From Candidatus Helarchaeota archaeon (GTDB lineage: Archaea > Asgardarchaeota > Lokiarchaeia > Helarchaeales > RDOG01), in the NCBI GenBank assembly GCA_019058315.1, contig JAHPZH010000004.1, positions 352,001-416,000 of the forward strand: a DNA stretch of 64,000 bases. The letters run 5' to 3'. Below, one piece after another: positions 10,528-21,552 of the stretch. The position numbers and the translations under genes were made by a program. Each line of letters begins with the position of its first letter. The first letter of the stretch is position 1. The notes below the pieces were generated by a model. It was not told the origin of the DNA, searched no databases, and saw only the letters and a list, made by a program, of their open reading frames with translations.

Positions 10528-10902
10528 TTATAAAGAAATTATTAATTGTCCTTCTTCTTGATATTCGAGCAAGAGATCGGCTACTTTGAAACTTGGTTCT
10601 AGTTTCACACCTTTCATTAACTCACTTTTATCAAGACCAATTATTTTAGCTGCAAGATCGCAGCATGTGAATTTTATTCCCATCTCAATGCATTCTATCA
10701 TTTCTTCTTCATATTGCATCCTGCCAACTTTTCCTTTCTTACCTAACAAAATGCCCATTGGTCCCCATAAAACAACGTGGACATCGAGCCCTTTCTTTTT
10801 ATAATATTTTGCAAAGCGTACTATCTCCATCGGGCTCGTGGACTCGTAAACCATGTTTTTTAACAATAGTAATACTTTAGTAACCTTTCCCAATTTTATC
10901 AA
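10528..10902 (-). CDS. DsrE/DsrF-like protein
   Basis: DVHVVLWGPMG, 'GIKFTCCDLAAK..G', C-terminal IISL. Confidence 0.7.
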   Translation of the reverse strand: MIKLGKVTKVLLLLKNMVYESTSPMEIVRFAKYYKKKGLDVHVVLWGPMGILLGKKGKVGRMQYEEEMIECIEMGIKFTCCDLAAKIIGLDKSELMKGVKLEPSFKVADLLLEYQEEGQLIISL

Positions 10903-11002
10903 AATCCTATTTGCATCTTATTAATTTCATAAATAATAACTAATTTTTTATAATAATTATAAATAAATTATTTCGCATAGTTTAATTTCAATTTTTTATT
11001 AG

Positions 11003-12157
11003 GTGTTGAATTTGGAAGAATTTATTTTTTCAAAGGAAGAACTAGAATTCAGGAAAAACGTGATTGAATTTTCAGAAGAAAATATAGCCCCTCATGCACG
11101 AGAAATAGACGAAAAAAACGAGATTCCGCAATTAATTTTTGATGCTATGGGAAAACAAGGTTATTTTGGTTTAACAGTCCCAAAAGAATATGGTGGACTT
11201 GGAAAAGGTGTATTTTATCATTGTAATGTTACTGAAATTCTTGGTAAATATTCAGGTGCTGTCAGTATGGCTAGAAATGCCACCGTTTACTCCCTTACAC
11301 CTATTCAGATGTACGGTACACCGGAACAGAAGGAAAAATTTCTTCGCCCTTTAGCAGCAGGTAAATCATTAGGAAGTATTTGCATAACAGAACCTGAAGT
11401 CGGTTCAGATACGGCTAGGATGGAAACAAAAGCCGTTTTGGAAGGTGATGAATGGGTCATAAATGGTAAAAAACGATTTATTACTAATGGTGGACAAGGA
11501 CAGCATATAGTTTGGGCAATAACAAATCCAAATGCTGAACGACCACAAAAGGGAATGAGTTGTTTTATTGTACCTAAAGAAACGAAGGGATTAAGTGTAG
11601 AAAAACGCCATGACCTGCTTGGCATGCGTGGTGTTCATAATGTACAATTAAAATTTGAAAATGTAAGAATTCCCAAAGAACATTTGATAGGAAAAGAGAA
11701 TGAGGGATTTAATATTTTGATGAGAATGTTTGTAACGGAGAGAGCCACTGCAACAGCTGAGGCTACTGCTTTTATGTTAGGTGCAATAGAAACAGCTAAA
11801 AAATACTCTAAAGAAAGAGTTCAATTCGGTAGGCCAATAGCAAAATTTCAAGCCATTCGTTTCATGATTGCTGATATGGTGACGATATGCTATGCAGCTA
11901 GATTAATGTTATGGAATTTATGCAGACAAATAGATGCAGGTGGTAATCCTTTTAAGGAAGCAGCTATGTCGAAACTTTTTGCAAGTTCTCAAGGGATACA
12001 AATATGTCTTAATGCACTCCAAATATGTGGGGGAGACGGTTATACTAAAGAATATCCTGTTGAGCGATATTTAAGAGATATGAAGCTTATGCAAATCGGT
12101 GGGGGCACAGATCAAATTCAAAAACTAATAATAGCTAGAGAAGAGCTGGGAAGATAA
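11003..12157 (+). CDS. acyl-CoA dehydrogenase
   Basis: CITEPEVGSD, INGKKRFITNG, RVQFGRPIAKFQ, GGDGYTKEYPVERYLRD. Confidence 0.95.
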   Translation: MLNLEEFIFSKEELEFRKNVIEFSEENIAPHAREIDEKNEIPQLIFDAMGKQGYFGLTVPKEYGGLGKGVFYHCNVTEILGKYSGAVSMARNATVYSLTPIQMYGTPEQKEKFLRPLAAGKSLGSICITEPEVGSDTARMETKAVLEGDEWVINGKKRFITNGGQGQHIVWAITNPNAERPQKGMSCFIVPKETKGLSVEKRHDLLGMRGVHNVQLKFENVRIPKEHLIGKENEGFNILMRMFVTERATATAEATAFMLGAIETAKKYSKERVQFGRPIAKFQAIRFMIADMVTICYAARLMLWNLCRQIDAGGNPFKEAAMSKLFASSQGIQICLNALQICGGDGYTKEYPVERYLRDMKLMQIGGGTDQIQKLIIAREELGR

Positions 12158-12167
12158 AAAAGAGAAT

Positions 12168-15100
12168 TTATAAATATTTTTCTACGAAGGTTTTAAATTC
12201 ATCCACATCTTTGAGAACATCAAAGTCAGGGTCTTCCATTGCTTGCTTTGCAAATTTAGGATTTAAATCTATTGCTTTTTTAATATAAGGCAGGGCGTGT
12301 TCCGGCTCATTTTTTAATGCATAAATACATGCGATATTATAATGTGCTGAACTATTAGTTGGCATCAGTTTAACTACTTCTTGAAAATCATTCATTGCTT
12401 CATCCAATTTATCCAAATTTAATAGATTGTAACCTCTTTCGAATAATGCTTTAGTATTTGTGGGATCTATATCAATCGCTTTAGTCCAACTTTCAATGGC
12501 TTCTTCTTTTCTATCTAATTTGACCAGCACAAAAGCTTTATTCGACCATGCTAATGCGTAGTCATTGTTAATCTCTATAGCTTTCTTATAACTATCAAGA
12601 GCTTCATTATATTTATCTAGATTTTCCTGACACACACCAAGATTATTCCAAGCTTTGTCATATTGAGGATTGAGCATTACTACTTCTGCAAAATCCTCTA
12701 ATGCAAGTTCATATTGTTTTAAATTCAAATACTGGAATCCTCTATCAAATATAGTTCGATAATCAGATGGATTGAGTGCTATTGATTTAGACCAACTTTC
12801 AATTGCCTCTTCTGGCTTGTCTAATGACAATAATGCATACCCTCGATTTGCCCACCCCAGAGCATAATCTTGTTTAATTTCTACTGCTTTATCATATGAT
12901 TTCAAAGCGTCTTCAAACTGTTTCATTTTCTCAAATGCATAACCACGGTTATTCCAACAAATATAATCATTTGGATCTATTTCTAATATTCTATCATAGA
13001 CCTTAATAGCCTCTGTGGCTTTTCCAGTATCTTCTAATACCGCCGCTTTGTTCAACAATGCTTTTGTATATTCTGGAAATATTTCTAATGCTTTGTTAAA
13101 TAATTCCAATGCTTCATCGAATTTTTTTTGTTTATGTAAAATAAGCCCCATGTTATTGTAGCCTCTGTAATAATTTGGATCAATTTCTATGGTCTTTTTA
13201 TAATTATCAAATGCTTTATCGAAATCTCCTAATTTCTCTAATAATATACCATAATTATTTAGAGCCGCTGTATATGATGAATTTAATTCTATACTTTTTT
13301 CATAGTATATTCTAGCTTCTTGTAATTTTCCTAAACGGACAAGCGCTTCTGCTGTATCATACCATGTATAGGAATCATTTGGATATATTTCCAGAGCTTT
13401 TTTAAATAACTCTAATGCTTCTTCCAAGTTTCCAAGGTCTTTCATAATGTAACCTTTGTCTATATATAATAAATCGTCTTTTGGATATTTTTCAATTAGA
13501 TTATTCAGAATTTGTAGCGCTTCATCTCTTCGGTTCATTTTTGTAAATATTTGAGCCTTGGTTCTCAAAGCAGCTTTATAATCCGGGTTAATTGTAAGAG
13601 CTTGTTCTATAAAATCTAATGCTTCATCTGTTTTACCCATTTTAAATAGTACAAATCCTTTGTTATATAGCGCAGCTGCATCTTTCGGTAAAATTTTAAG
13701 CCCTTGATCATATAAATCTAAAGCCTCTTCGTATCTTCTTAAATTTTGAAGGGTGAGAGCTTTATTAAAGTAATTAAAAGGTGCATTTGGTTCGAGCTCA
13801 ATACATTTCGTAAAGCATTTTAATGCTTCATCAAAATTCTTTTTGAAGTTTAAATACAACAATCCTAAATCATGATAGGCATATTTATAATTTGGATTTA
13901 GTTCTATTGCTTTTTTATAATTTTCAATCGCTTTATCTTTTTCTCCCATCCCATCAAGAGTAACTGCCTTATTATAATACGCAAAATCGCTATTGGGGTT
14001 CAATTCTAGAGCTTTTTCATAGGATTTTAAAGAATTTTCAGGTTCCTTAAGATCATCTAATACATTACCTCTATATACCCAAAATAAATCATCATCTGGA
14101 GCAAGTTCTACTAATTTTTCAAAAATTTCTAATGCTTCTCTTTTTTTATTACTTTTATTAAAAGCAAGAGCCTTGGCAAATAAAACTTCAATATTTTCTG
14201 GCTCCAATTTTAAAGCCTTATCATATAAAGCGATTGCTTTATCAATCTCACCTAAATCAATTAAAATCCTTCCTTTATTGATATATGCTTGAGTATTTGC
14301 TTCAGCATTAATAGAATCATCTAAATATTTTAAAGCCTCTTTTTTCATATCGAGCTCTGATAGAATTTTAGCTTTATAATTTAAAGCAAAAGTATATTTT
14401 GGGTTAATATTTATAGCTTCCTCTATGCATTTTAAAGCTTCATCTGTCTTTTTCAAATATTTATGTAAAAGACGCCCTTTATTGTACCAAGCAACATGAA
14501 AATGTGGATCTAGTTCTAAAACTTTATCATACATTTCAATAGACTCATCTATCTTTTCTTGACAGTCGAGTGAATAGGCTTTACGGAATAAAGTTTCTTG
14601 ATGATTTGGGATTCGTTTTAAAACTTCATCATATGCCTTTATTGCTTCCTCAAATTTTTCGCCAAGTTCTTGGCACCATCCTAAATTAAACCAAGCTTCA
14701 GCATAATCTGGGTTATTCTTTACTGCGTTCTCGTAGTATTTAATTGCCTCATTACAATTTTTTTCATCAAAATAGATGTTACCAATATTATAATAAGATA
14801 TATCATAATCGGGTTTAATTTCAATTGCTTTATTATAACATTCAAGAGCTTTCTCCTTATTATTTTGCCTGTAGTAAGCTAATCCCAAATTATTCCAAGC
14901 ATTATGAAATTTGGGATCAATTTCAATCGCTTTTTTACTGAATTCAATTGACTCTGCATATTTTTCTAATTGGATCGCTACATAGCCTTTTTTAAACCAG
15001 ATCAAAGCAGGATCTTTTGCTTCTTCCTCAGCCAAACTCTTATCTAAACAGGTCATTGCACCTTCAAAATCTCCTGTTTTTATACAATTCTCTGCTGATA

Positions 15101-15305
15101 CTAACCAAGCCTCTGAACTCTTATCATCTGGTAATTTCAAGGCTGCTAATCCTCTAGATAAAATATCAGTTGAAGTTTTCAAGCTTTCAGGTGCTGTTTT
15201 TTCCCAATCAAGATTTGCTGATATTTTATATTTCAATTGATCTCTAGGATGCCAAAATTTTTCCTTGATCTTAGCTCTTTCTTTTTCTTTTTCTTCCTCG
15301 CTCAT
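12168..15305 (-). CDS. large TPR protein (many 34-aa repeats)
   Basis: Repeated 'AW.NKG..L..L....EA...Y.KAIE.NP'; terminal 'HYNIAC.YA...A..DPDF'. Confidence 0.95.
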   Translation of the reverse strand: MSEEEKEKERAKIKEKFWHPRDQLKYKISANLDWEKTAPESLKTSTDILSRGLAALKLPDDKSSEAWLVSAENCIKTGDFEGAMTCLDKSLAEEEAKDPALIWFKKGYVAIQLEKYAESIEFSKKAIEIDPKFHNAWNNLGLAYYRQNNKEKALECYNKAIEIKPDYDISYYNIGNIYFDEKNCNEAIKYYENAVKNNPDYAEAWFNLGWCQELGEKFEEAIKAYDEVLKRIPNHQETLFRKAYSLDCQEKIDESIEMYDKVLELDPHFHVAWYNKGRLLHKYLKKTDEALKCIEEAININPKYTFALNYKAKILSELDMKKEALKYLDDSINAEANTQAYINKGRILIDLGEIDKAIALYDKALKLEPENIEVLFAKALAFNKSNKKREALEIFEKLVELAPDDDLFWVYRGNVLDDLKEPENSLKSYEKALELNPNSDFAYYNKAVTLDGMGEKDKAIENYKKAIELNPNYKYAYHDLGLLYLNFKKNFDEALKCFTKCIELEPNAPFNYFNKALTLQNLRRYEEALDLYDQGLKILPKDAAALYNKGFVLFKMGKTDEALDFIEQALTINPDYKAALRTKAQIFTKMNRRDEALQILNNLIEKYPKDDLLYIDKGYIMKDLGNLEEALELFKKALEIYPNDSYTWYDTAEALVRLGKLQEARIYYEKSIELNSSYTAALNNYGILLEKLGDFDKAFDNYKKTIEIDPNYYRGYNNMGLILHKQKKFDEALELFNKALEIFPEYTKALLNKAAVLEDTGKATEAIKVYDRILEIDPNDYICWNNRGYAFEKMKQFEDALKSYDKAVEIKQDYALGWANRGYALLSLDKPEEAIESWSKSIALNPSDYRTIFDRGFQYLNLKQYELALEDFAEVVMLNPQYDKAWNNLGVCQENLDKYNEALDSYKKAIEINNDYALAWSNKAFVLVKLDRKEEAIESWTKAIDIDPTNTKALFERGYNLLNLDKLDEAMNDFQEVVKLMPTNSSAHYNIACIYALKNEPEHALPYIKKAIDLNPKFAKQAMEDPDFDVLKDVDEFKTFVEKYL

Positions 15306-15481
15306 TTATTATCAACTACCATTTCAATTTTCATGATTTAATTAGAATATCAAAATTTTTTCTTATAATATTTCTTTCTTTTTCTTAGTCGTAAATTAAA
15401 AAACATTATTTTTATTATTATGTCATTCATTTAAAGGATTTTAATTTTTGAGTTTTCTTAAAAACAAAATGAGGAAAATTA

Positions 15482-16840
15482 ATGGAATTCGATTTGATAG
15501 TTGCTGGAGCTGATTGTACAGGAAGTACGGTTGCAAAATTAGTTGGAGAATCAGGATATTCCGTTTTATTAATTGATGAAAAAAGTGAGGAGGAATTAGG
15601 TAGACCATGGCATGATGCTGTATTTCCCTTTGTATTCGAAAAAATTGGTATAAAACCATTTGGGAAAGAACGTAAGGCAGCTAAAACTAAAATTTTTTCT
15701 CCAAATCAAAAGATCTCTGGTATTGTGGTTGGAGGAAGTGATTATTTAATTTCTCGTAAAGAATTATCAGCAAAACTGATTGGTTCGATTAAAAAAATGG
15801 ATAATATTGTTTTCAAGGATAAAACCGAAGTAATAAGACCTATTTTAAAAGATAATTCGGTTGTTGGTGTTGAACTCAATGAGATGGGAACAGTAAAACA
15901 ATATAAAAGTAACATTACAGTTGATGCAACGGGTTTTAAATCAGTCCTCAGAAAACAAATGCCAATAGAATCGGGCATAGATTCGAGTGATGTCGAAGAT
16001 TATGAATTATGTGTTGCTACGAAACAAATTCGAAAACGTAAAGAGGAGGATGTTGTTGGAGAATCTATTTGGGGTGTATATGGAGGTGGTATGTGGGTTA
16101 ATAATGATAGACCTGGAATTAGTGAAGTAGGGTTGAGATATCGAGGGGATCTAGATGTTAATATTAATGAAATATTGAATGAATTTAGCAAAAGTCGAAA
16201 ATATATAGATGATAAAATCATCACAGCAAGGACTGAATTGATACCAATGCGACGTAGTTACGATCAGCTAGTATCTGAAGGTTTTATGCTGGTTGGTGTT
16301 TCAGGCTGTCAATCCGATGCAATGTCAGGGATGGGCGTTTCTGCATCAGTATTAGCTGGAAGTTTAGCAGCCAAGACAATTATTAATGCAATTAAAGAAG
16401 AAAAATATGATATCAGAACGCTTTGGCCTTATCAGGTAGATTATATTAAAGAAAAGGGAGCTGAATATTCAGGATTAGATATAATGAAAAAGTATTTCCA
16501 ATATATTAATGAAGATGAATTTAATTTCCTATTTGAAAAAGAAATTGTAACTTTTGAGATAATTGAATATCTTGGAGGGAAAAAAGAGGCTACAGCAGAA
16601 ATTTCTTTTCGCCAAATATTTTTAAAATTTATGAAGGGGATGATGTATCGACCAAGATTAATGAATAGACTTCGAAAAGCTATTTCACAAGGCGAAAAGA
16701 TGAGAAAAATTTACGCGAAATTTCCAGAAAAATATGATAAACCCTTATTTGACAAATGGAAATTCAAAGTAGATAAATTAGTAAAGAAAGTTAAGAAAGA
16801 TTGTGGCAAGTTAGATGATGAGATCGAATATAAATCCTAA
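15482..16840 (+). CDS. geranylgeranyl reductase-family FAD oxidoreductase
   Basis: N-terminal FDLIVAGA..TG, VDATG, MLVG.SG.Q...SGMG; motifs partly degenerate. Confidence 0.75.
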   Translation: MEFDLIVAGADCTGSTVAKLVGESGYSVLLIDEKSEEELGRPWHDAVFPFVFEKIGIKPFGKERKAAKTKIFSPNQKISGIVVGGSDYLISRKELSAKLIGSIKKMDNIVFKDKTEVIRPILKDNSVVGVELNEMGTVKQYKSNITVDATGFKSVLRKQMPIESGIDSSDVEDYELCVATKQIRKRKEEDVVGESIWGVYGGGMWVNNDRPGISEVGLRYRGDLDVNINEILNEFSKSRKYIDDKIITARTELIPMRRSYDQLVSEGFMLVGVSGCQSDAMSGMGVSASVLAGSLAAKTIINAIKEEKYDIRTLWPYQVDYIKEKGAEYSGLDIMKKYFQYINEDEFNFLFEKEIVTFEIIEYLGGKKEATAEISFRQIFLKFMKGMMYRPRLMNRLRKAISQGEKMRKIYAKFPEKYDKPLFDKWKFKVDKLVKKVKKDCGKLDDEIEYKS

Positions 16841-16852
16841 AAATAAACTAAT

Positions 16853-18238
16853 TTATTCTTTTTTAATTGCAATTTGATAATAATACCATTCTATAATAGG
16901 CATATCCGGATCTTGGGGATTATTTTCGTATATACAATCTATTAATCCAATTTGTCTCATCCAAGGACAAATTACCACACCCACTTGAGGAATCAGTTGA
17001 AAATCGATAGGATCTGGTTTCAATTGATATTTATTATAAATGGTATCAATTTGCTTTTTTAATAAGGACCATTTTTCTAGGTTTTGTTTAACTAATACCG
17101 ACATGACTTCCTTTAGAACTGTTGGGTAGGAAATTGAAATACTTATAGCTTTAAGAAGAAACTTAATTTGATAAATTTCAAATTTGCGTAAAAATGCTGC
17201 TAAGTGAAGCATATCATTCCAATTAAGGTTTGTATTCAATGATAAATATTCGAAAATTGAGAGAGTAGCGGTAAGCTTCAAATGACTTAATTTATCACCA
17301 GATGAATAAATAGGAAAACTTTTATATGGATGTGAATGAACAAAACCTATTATTTTTTCACCAATATTTTCAAGTTCTAATATATTATTAATTAGATTTT
17401 TGTAATTTTGAGCAGTTACCATTTCTGCTCCAATTGAAAGTGGTTTATAACTATTTATTTCTTTTATAGACATATCAGAATTACGTTTACCTATCAAATA
17501 ACCACTACATTCGCGATCCCCCGACTTACGTGCATGTTCTGAAATTTCCGTTAAAATTTTTTTACTAAATACTAAATAACCCTTGGTTTTTATGTCAAAA
17601 TGCTTTTTATTAGTTACTTTAATTTGCAGACCTACTGGTACTAATTTATCAAAACCAACTATTGATTTATTAAAAGAAGAGATATCTGTTAGGTTTGAAT
17701 AATAACATTCAATAATTTTCTGTAAGGATAATTTATCAAGGGGGATCTGATAATATTCACTTACTTCTTTCATCCGCTTTAACGGATTTCCAAACATACT
17801 CAGCCAATACCAAACTCCTTCAATTAGACGATGTTTTAGCATTGGTCTCATTTTTCTAATTAAATTTATCCCACTTGGATTGCTCATTATAAATTTTTTA
17901 AGTATCAATTCATTATGCTGATCATAATTTTCATCTAGATTTAAGTAAGATTTAATTAATTTGTTAATTGATGAGGATATAATATTATTATCTAATATAA
18001 TTTCTCCATTTGAGGGGTAATAATAGTTGTTAGTAGTCGATTGATTAGTTAATACCATCTCTTTACTAGTTTCTGATGGTGGAGACGTGATTTGGGATAT
18101 TTTTTCATCAATTGTCCCATTACAGTTATGATTTATAGGTTGTCTATGTTTAAAACAGAAATCCCGATTACATTTTTTACAATGAAAAATTATATTAACT
18201 GATGTGTTGCAAAATTGACAATTTGTCACTATAAGCAT
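16853..18238 (-). CDS. AN1-type zinc finger + JAB/MPN+ (JAMM) metalloprotease
   Basis: N-terminal CQFC..FHCKKCNRDFCFKHRQPINHNC; RECSGYLIG ... GFVHSHP......SSGD. Confidence 0.8.
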   Translation of the reverse strand: MLIVTNCQFCNTSVNIIFHCKKCNRDFCFKHRQPINHNCNGTIDEKISQITSPPSETSKEMVLTNQSTTNNYYYPSNGEIILDNNIISSSINKLIKSYLNLDENYDQHNELILKKFIMSNPSGINLIRKMRPMLKHRLIEGVWYWLSMFGNPLKRMKEVSEYYQIPLDKLSLQKIIECYYSNLTDISSFNKSIVGFDKLVPVGLQIKVTNKKHFDIKTKGYLVFSKKILTEISEHARKSGDRECSGYLIGKRNSDMSIKEINSYKPLSIGAEMVTAQNYKNLINNILELENIGEKIIGFVHSHPYKSFPIYSSGDKLSHLKLTATLSIFEYLSLNTNLNWNDMLHLAAFLRKFEIYQIKFLLKAISISISYPTVLKEVMSVLVKQNLEKWSLLKKQIDTIYNKYQLKPDPIDFQLIPQVGVVICPWMRQIGLIDCIYENNPQDPDMPIIEWYYYQIAIKKE

Positions 18239-18347
18239 TCTCCCTAATTGATTTCAATATTATTTTAAATTTTTAAAATAAATGTGTTTTTCATATAAAA
18301 ATTAGTTCTATTATTTCTTTTATTTTAAAAAAAATAAAAGTTCAACA

Positions 18348-19127
18348 TTAAAAATCTTCATTAATATCCATCGAAATAACTCGTGAGGCATATCTAGCAA
18401 GCTGTGAACTCTTAAAATTTGAATTTAAATCTTTATCCTCTGGATAACCAATAAAGGGGCTTACTGATTTATCTTCTATATCCACAATCCAGACAAACTC
18501 TTGATTTAATAAGATTTTATTTGCATTAACCTTATAAAAATTTAAATAAGGTCCTGGAGAATTTCCTGTGGGTACAGCAAAAACTTGATTTTTTTCCCTA
18601 TGTAAATCCTTAATCTTATCATCTAAAATTAAAATTGATGGATAAACCAAAATTACATATTGTGAATTGCCTTTTATTGCTAAAATTTCGCGATTGATTG
18701 AATCCTTAATTTCAGCTGGTTCATAACCGCTTTTATTTAGAAATGTGTAAAGAATTTCTCTCATCTTTTCATTTTTGAATTTATATACCCTTTTACTTGC
18801 TTGTTCTAATATTTTCTCATCAGTACCAAATGTATGTCCAAAATAAAACGTAATATCTTTATAATTAATATGTTCAATTAACGAGGGTGCATTAATGGAG
18901 TCAGGAATTTCTTTTATACTTCCTAAAAAAATGTAATTCAAAGGTGTTGATTCATAATTTTCTTCTATATATTTTTCTTCATCTTTGGTTAGGGAAATTT
19001 CCTGTAATAAGTCCTTTATTTTTTCTCTTAATTCAGCCCTAGAAATGATTTTATATTCATCTGCAAAAATTTTTAATTTTTTATAGATAGAATTGATCTT
19101 TTCAAATAATTTTGATTCTGAATTCAA
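18348..19127 (-). CDS. hypothetical protein
   Basis: 259-aa ORF; no motif recognised with confidence. Confidence 0.55.
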   Translation of the reverse strand: MNSESKLFEKINSIYKKLKIFADEYKIISRAELREKIKDLLQEISLTKDEEKYIEENYESTPLNYIFLGSIKEIPDSINAPSLIEHINYKDITFYFGHTFGTDEKILEQASKRVYKFKNEKMREILYTFLNKSGYEPAEIKDSINREILAIKGNSQYVILVYPSILILDDKIKDLHREKNQVFAVPTGNSPGPYLNFYKVNANKILLNQEFVWIVDIEDKSVSPFIGYPEDKDLNSNFKSSQLARYASRVISMDINEDF

Positions 19128-19266
19128 TTTAAGCCCAAATCTAATCGATTATCATAAAATTTCTAAATCGAAATATTAATTTGTTCAATAAAAATCTAAT
19201 TTTGAAATATAAAAAATTTAAAAATAATCATAAAGAATTAAAATTGAATAAATTAAGTGTGAAAAT

Positions 19267-19650
19267 ATGAATGCAAATAAAATATATTCAATCATTGGGC
19301 TTGGATCGTCCATTTATGTTTTAATATCTCATTTCTACATTTATAATCTTTTTTTTCAAGTAATTTCCTTCGCTTTATATATTTTATTAATCGCCATTTT
19401 TTGGCCTTATACTATAGATCAAGAGTTTAGTAGCGGTACGGAAAAAAAAATAGTCTCTATAGTTTTCATCTTAATAATCGCTTCGGGAATTGCTTATATT
19501 CTTCTTATTATTGATATTGGGGGCGGATCCATAATAATCCAAAAACAGGGAATATTTTATTTTATATCTTATTCCATTACAGCTGCCCTCCTCATTTCAA
19601 GTGTATTATTAATAATTGTTGTTTTCTTTCTTAAACCAGAATCTTCTTAA
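19267..19650 (+). CDS. small 4-TM membrane protein
   Basis: Hydrophobicity pattern. Confidence 0.6.
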   Translation: MNANKIYSIIGLGSSIYVLISHFYIYNLFFQVISFALYILLIAIFWPYTIDQEFSSGTEKKIVSIVFILIIASGIAYILLIIDIGGGSIIIQKQGIFYFISYSITAALLISSVLLIIVVFFLKPESS

Positions 19651-19702
19651 AAAAATGACAACAATTGAAATATCATTAAAATAAGTAAAGGTTTGACTAT
19701 TA

Positions 19703-20278
19703 GTGAGCTCAATAAAATCATTTATCGAAAAATATACGAAAAAAATAATGCTTAAAAATGGTACTGAAGCATTATTAAGACCAATTAAAGATACAGATAG
19801 TCAATTATTGTATAATTTATTTCATTCTTGTTCATATGACACACTTTTTTATCGTTTTATGAGTTCATCAGTTTATTTGAATTTACAAAAAGGAAACACT
19901 TCTTTTGTTATGAAGACAGTGAGACGATTCACTCAAATTGATTATGAAAATCAACTCTCGATTGTTGCTATAAAAAAAGAAAATGATAAAGATATAATAG
20001 TATCTGAGGGCATGTATGTCAAAACGGGACCAAATCGTGCTGAAGTTGGTGCTTTAACCGGGGATGAATGGCAAAGACAAGGTCTCGCTACTAATATTGG
20101 TACCTTTTTGATGGAAATTGCTAAAACAAAGGAAATAAAATTCTTTGAAGGAGAAATTCTATTGGCTAACTTTAAATTAATAAATTTAATGAAAACCATG
20201 AAAATAAAATATAATAAGGTTATAAGTCATGGGACGTTACATTTCGAGATTGATTTAGACGAACCTTTTTATGAATAA
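19703..20278 (+). CDS. GNAT acetyltransferase (Pat-like domain)
   Basis: LKNGTEALLRPI, 'YRF', AEVG..TGDEWQRQGLAT. Confidence 0.85.
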   Translation: MSSIKSFIEKYTKKIMLKNGTEALLRPIKDTDSQLLYNLFHSCSYDTLFYRFMSSSVYLNLQKGNTSFVMKTVRRFTQIDYENQLSIVAIKKENDKDIIVSEGMYVKTGPNRAEVGALTGDEWQRQGLATNIGTFLMEIAKTKEIKFFEGEILLANFKLINLMKTMKIKYNKVISHGTLHFEIDLDEPFYE

Positions 20279-21512
20279 TAAAAAAAAGATGATAATTTTG
20301 GAAGTTGATAATGTTAAACAGATTGAAAATGCTAAAAAAATGCTAGAAGCAATTGTACATGAAACTCCTTTAGAATATAATACAACTTTTAGTGAAGTCT
20401 CAGGAAACCAAATTTATCTTAAATTAGAAAACCTACAGAAAACTGGATCTTTTAAAGTTAGAGGCGCATTTAATAAAATAATGAAATTGAGTGAAAAAGA
20501 AAGAAAAAATGGAGTAATTGCTGCTTCTGCAGGGAATCATGGACAAGGTGTTGCTTTAGCAGCAAAGAAATCCGGAATAAAATCTACAATAGTTGTGCCT
20601 AAAGGTACACCCATAATTAAAATACAAGCAATAAAAAGTTATGATGCCGAAGTTATTGAATATGGTAAAAGTTTTGATGAAGCCTACCAAAAGGCTTTAG
20701 AAATTCAAAAAGAAAAAAAAATGACCTTTATAGAACCCTTTAATGATATGGATATTATTATTGGGCAAGGCACAATAGGATTAGAAATATTAAAACAATT
20801 ACCTGATGTTGATATTATAGTTGTTCCAATTGGAGGCGGAGGAATAATTTCTGGTATTGCTTTATATTGTAAAAGAGTTAATCCTAAAATTAAAATTATT
20901 GGAGTCCAATCTGAGGGTGTTAAGACTTTATATCACTCATTTAAAAAAGGAAAATACGAAATTCCAGAAATAAAGGATACTATAGCAGAAGGTATCGCTG
21001 TTAAGAGACCAGGAGATATAACTTTTAAAATAATTAAAAATACTGTGGATGATATAGTCACCGTAAATGATGATGAAATTGCAAATGCTATTTTAATGTT
21101 GATGGAAAGGGCTAAACTTATAGTTGAGGGGGCAGGAGCAGTTCCTCTAGCAGCAATTTTAAATAACAAAATACCTGCTAAAGATAAAAAAATAGTTTTA
21201 GTGTTATCTGGCGGAAATATTGATGTAAATTTAATAAATCGAATTATATTAAAAGGTCTTATTAAAGCTGGGCGTCTGTTAAAAATTGTAACTAAAATTA
21301 AGGATATACCAGGTAGTCTTTCAAAAATTCTACAAATAATTGCAGAAGAAGGTGGCAATATAATCACAATAGAACATAATAGAGCAAAAATCGACTTACC
21401 ATTTAAAGAAGCTGAAATTGAAATTGATTTGGAAACAAGAGATAGTTCTCATATTTCTAAAATTTTAAAACGTCTGAAGAAAGAGAATTACCTAATAGAA
21501 GTCGAGGAATAA
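20271..21512 (+). CDS. ilvA: threonine ammonia-lyase with C-terminal ACT domain
   Basis: KLENLQKTGSFKVRGA, ASAGNHGQG, PIGGGG, LSGGNID, ACT 'D.PGSL'. Confidence 0.93.
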   Translation: MNNKKKMIILEVDNVKQIENAKKMLEAIVHETPLEYNTTFSEVSGNQIYLKLENLQKTGSFKVRGAFNKIMKLSEKERKNGVIAASAGNHGQGVALAAKKSGIKSTIVVPKGTPIIKIQAIKSYDAEVIEYGKSFDEAYQKALEIQKEKKMTFIEPFNDMDIIIGQGTIGLEILKQLPDVDIIVVPIGGGGIISGIALYCKRVNPKIKIIGVQSEGVKTLYHSFKKGKYEIPEIKDTIAEGIAVKRPGDITFKIIKNTVDDIVTVNDDEIANAILMLMERAKLIVEGAGAVPLAAILNNKIPAKDKKIVLVLSGGNIDVNLINRIILKGLIKAGRLLKIVTKIKDIPGSLSKILQIIAEEGGNIITIEHNRAKIDLPFKEAEIEIDLETRDSSHISKILKRLKKENYLIEVEE

Positions 21513-21552
21513 TCCTGATAAGTATAATTTAAAAAAAAGAGAAAGAGAAATA

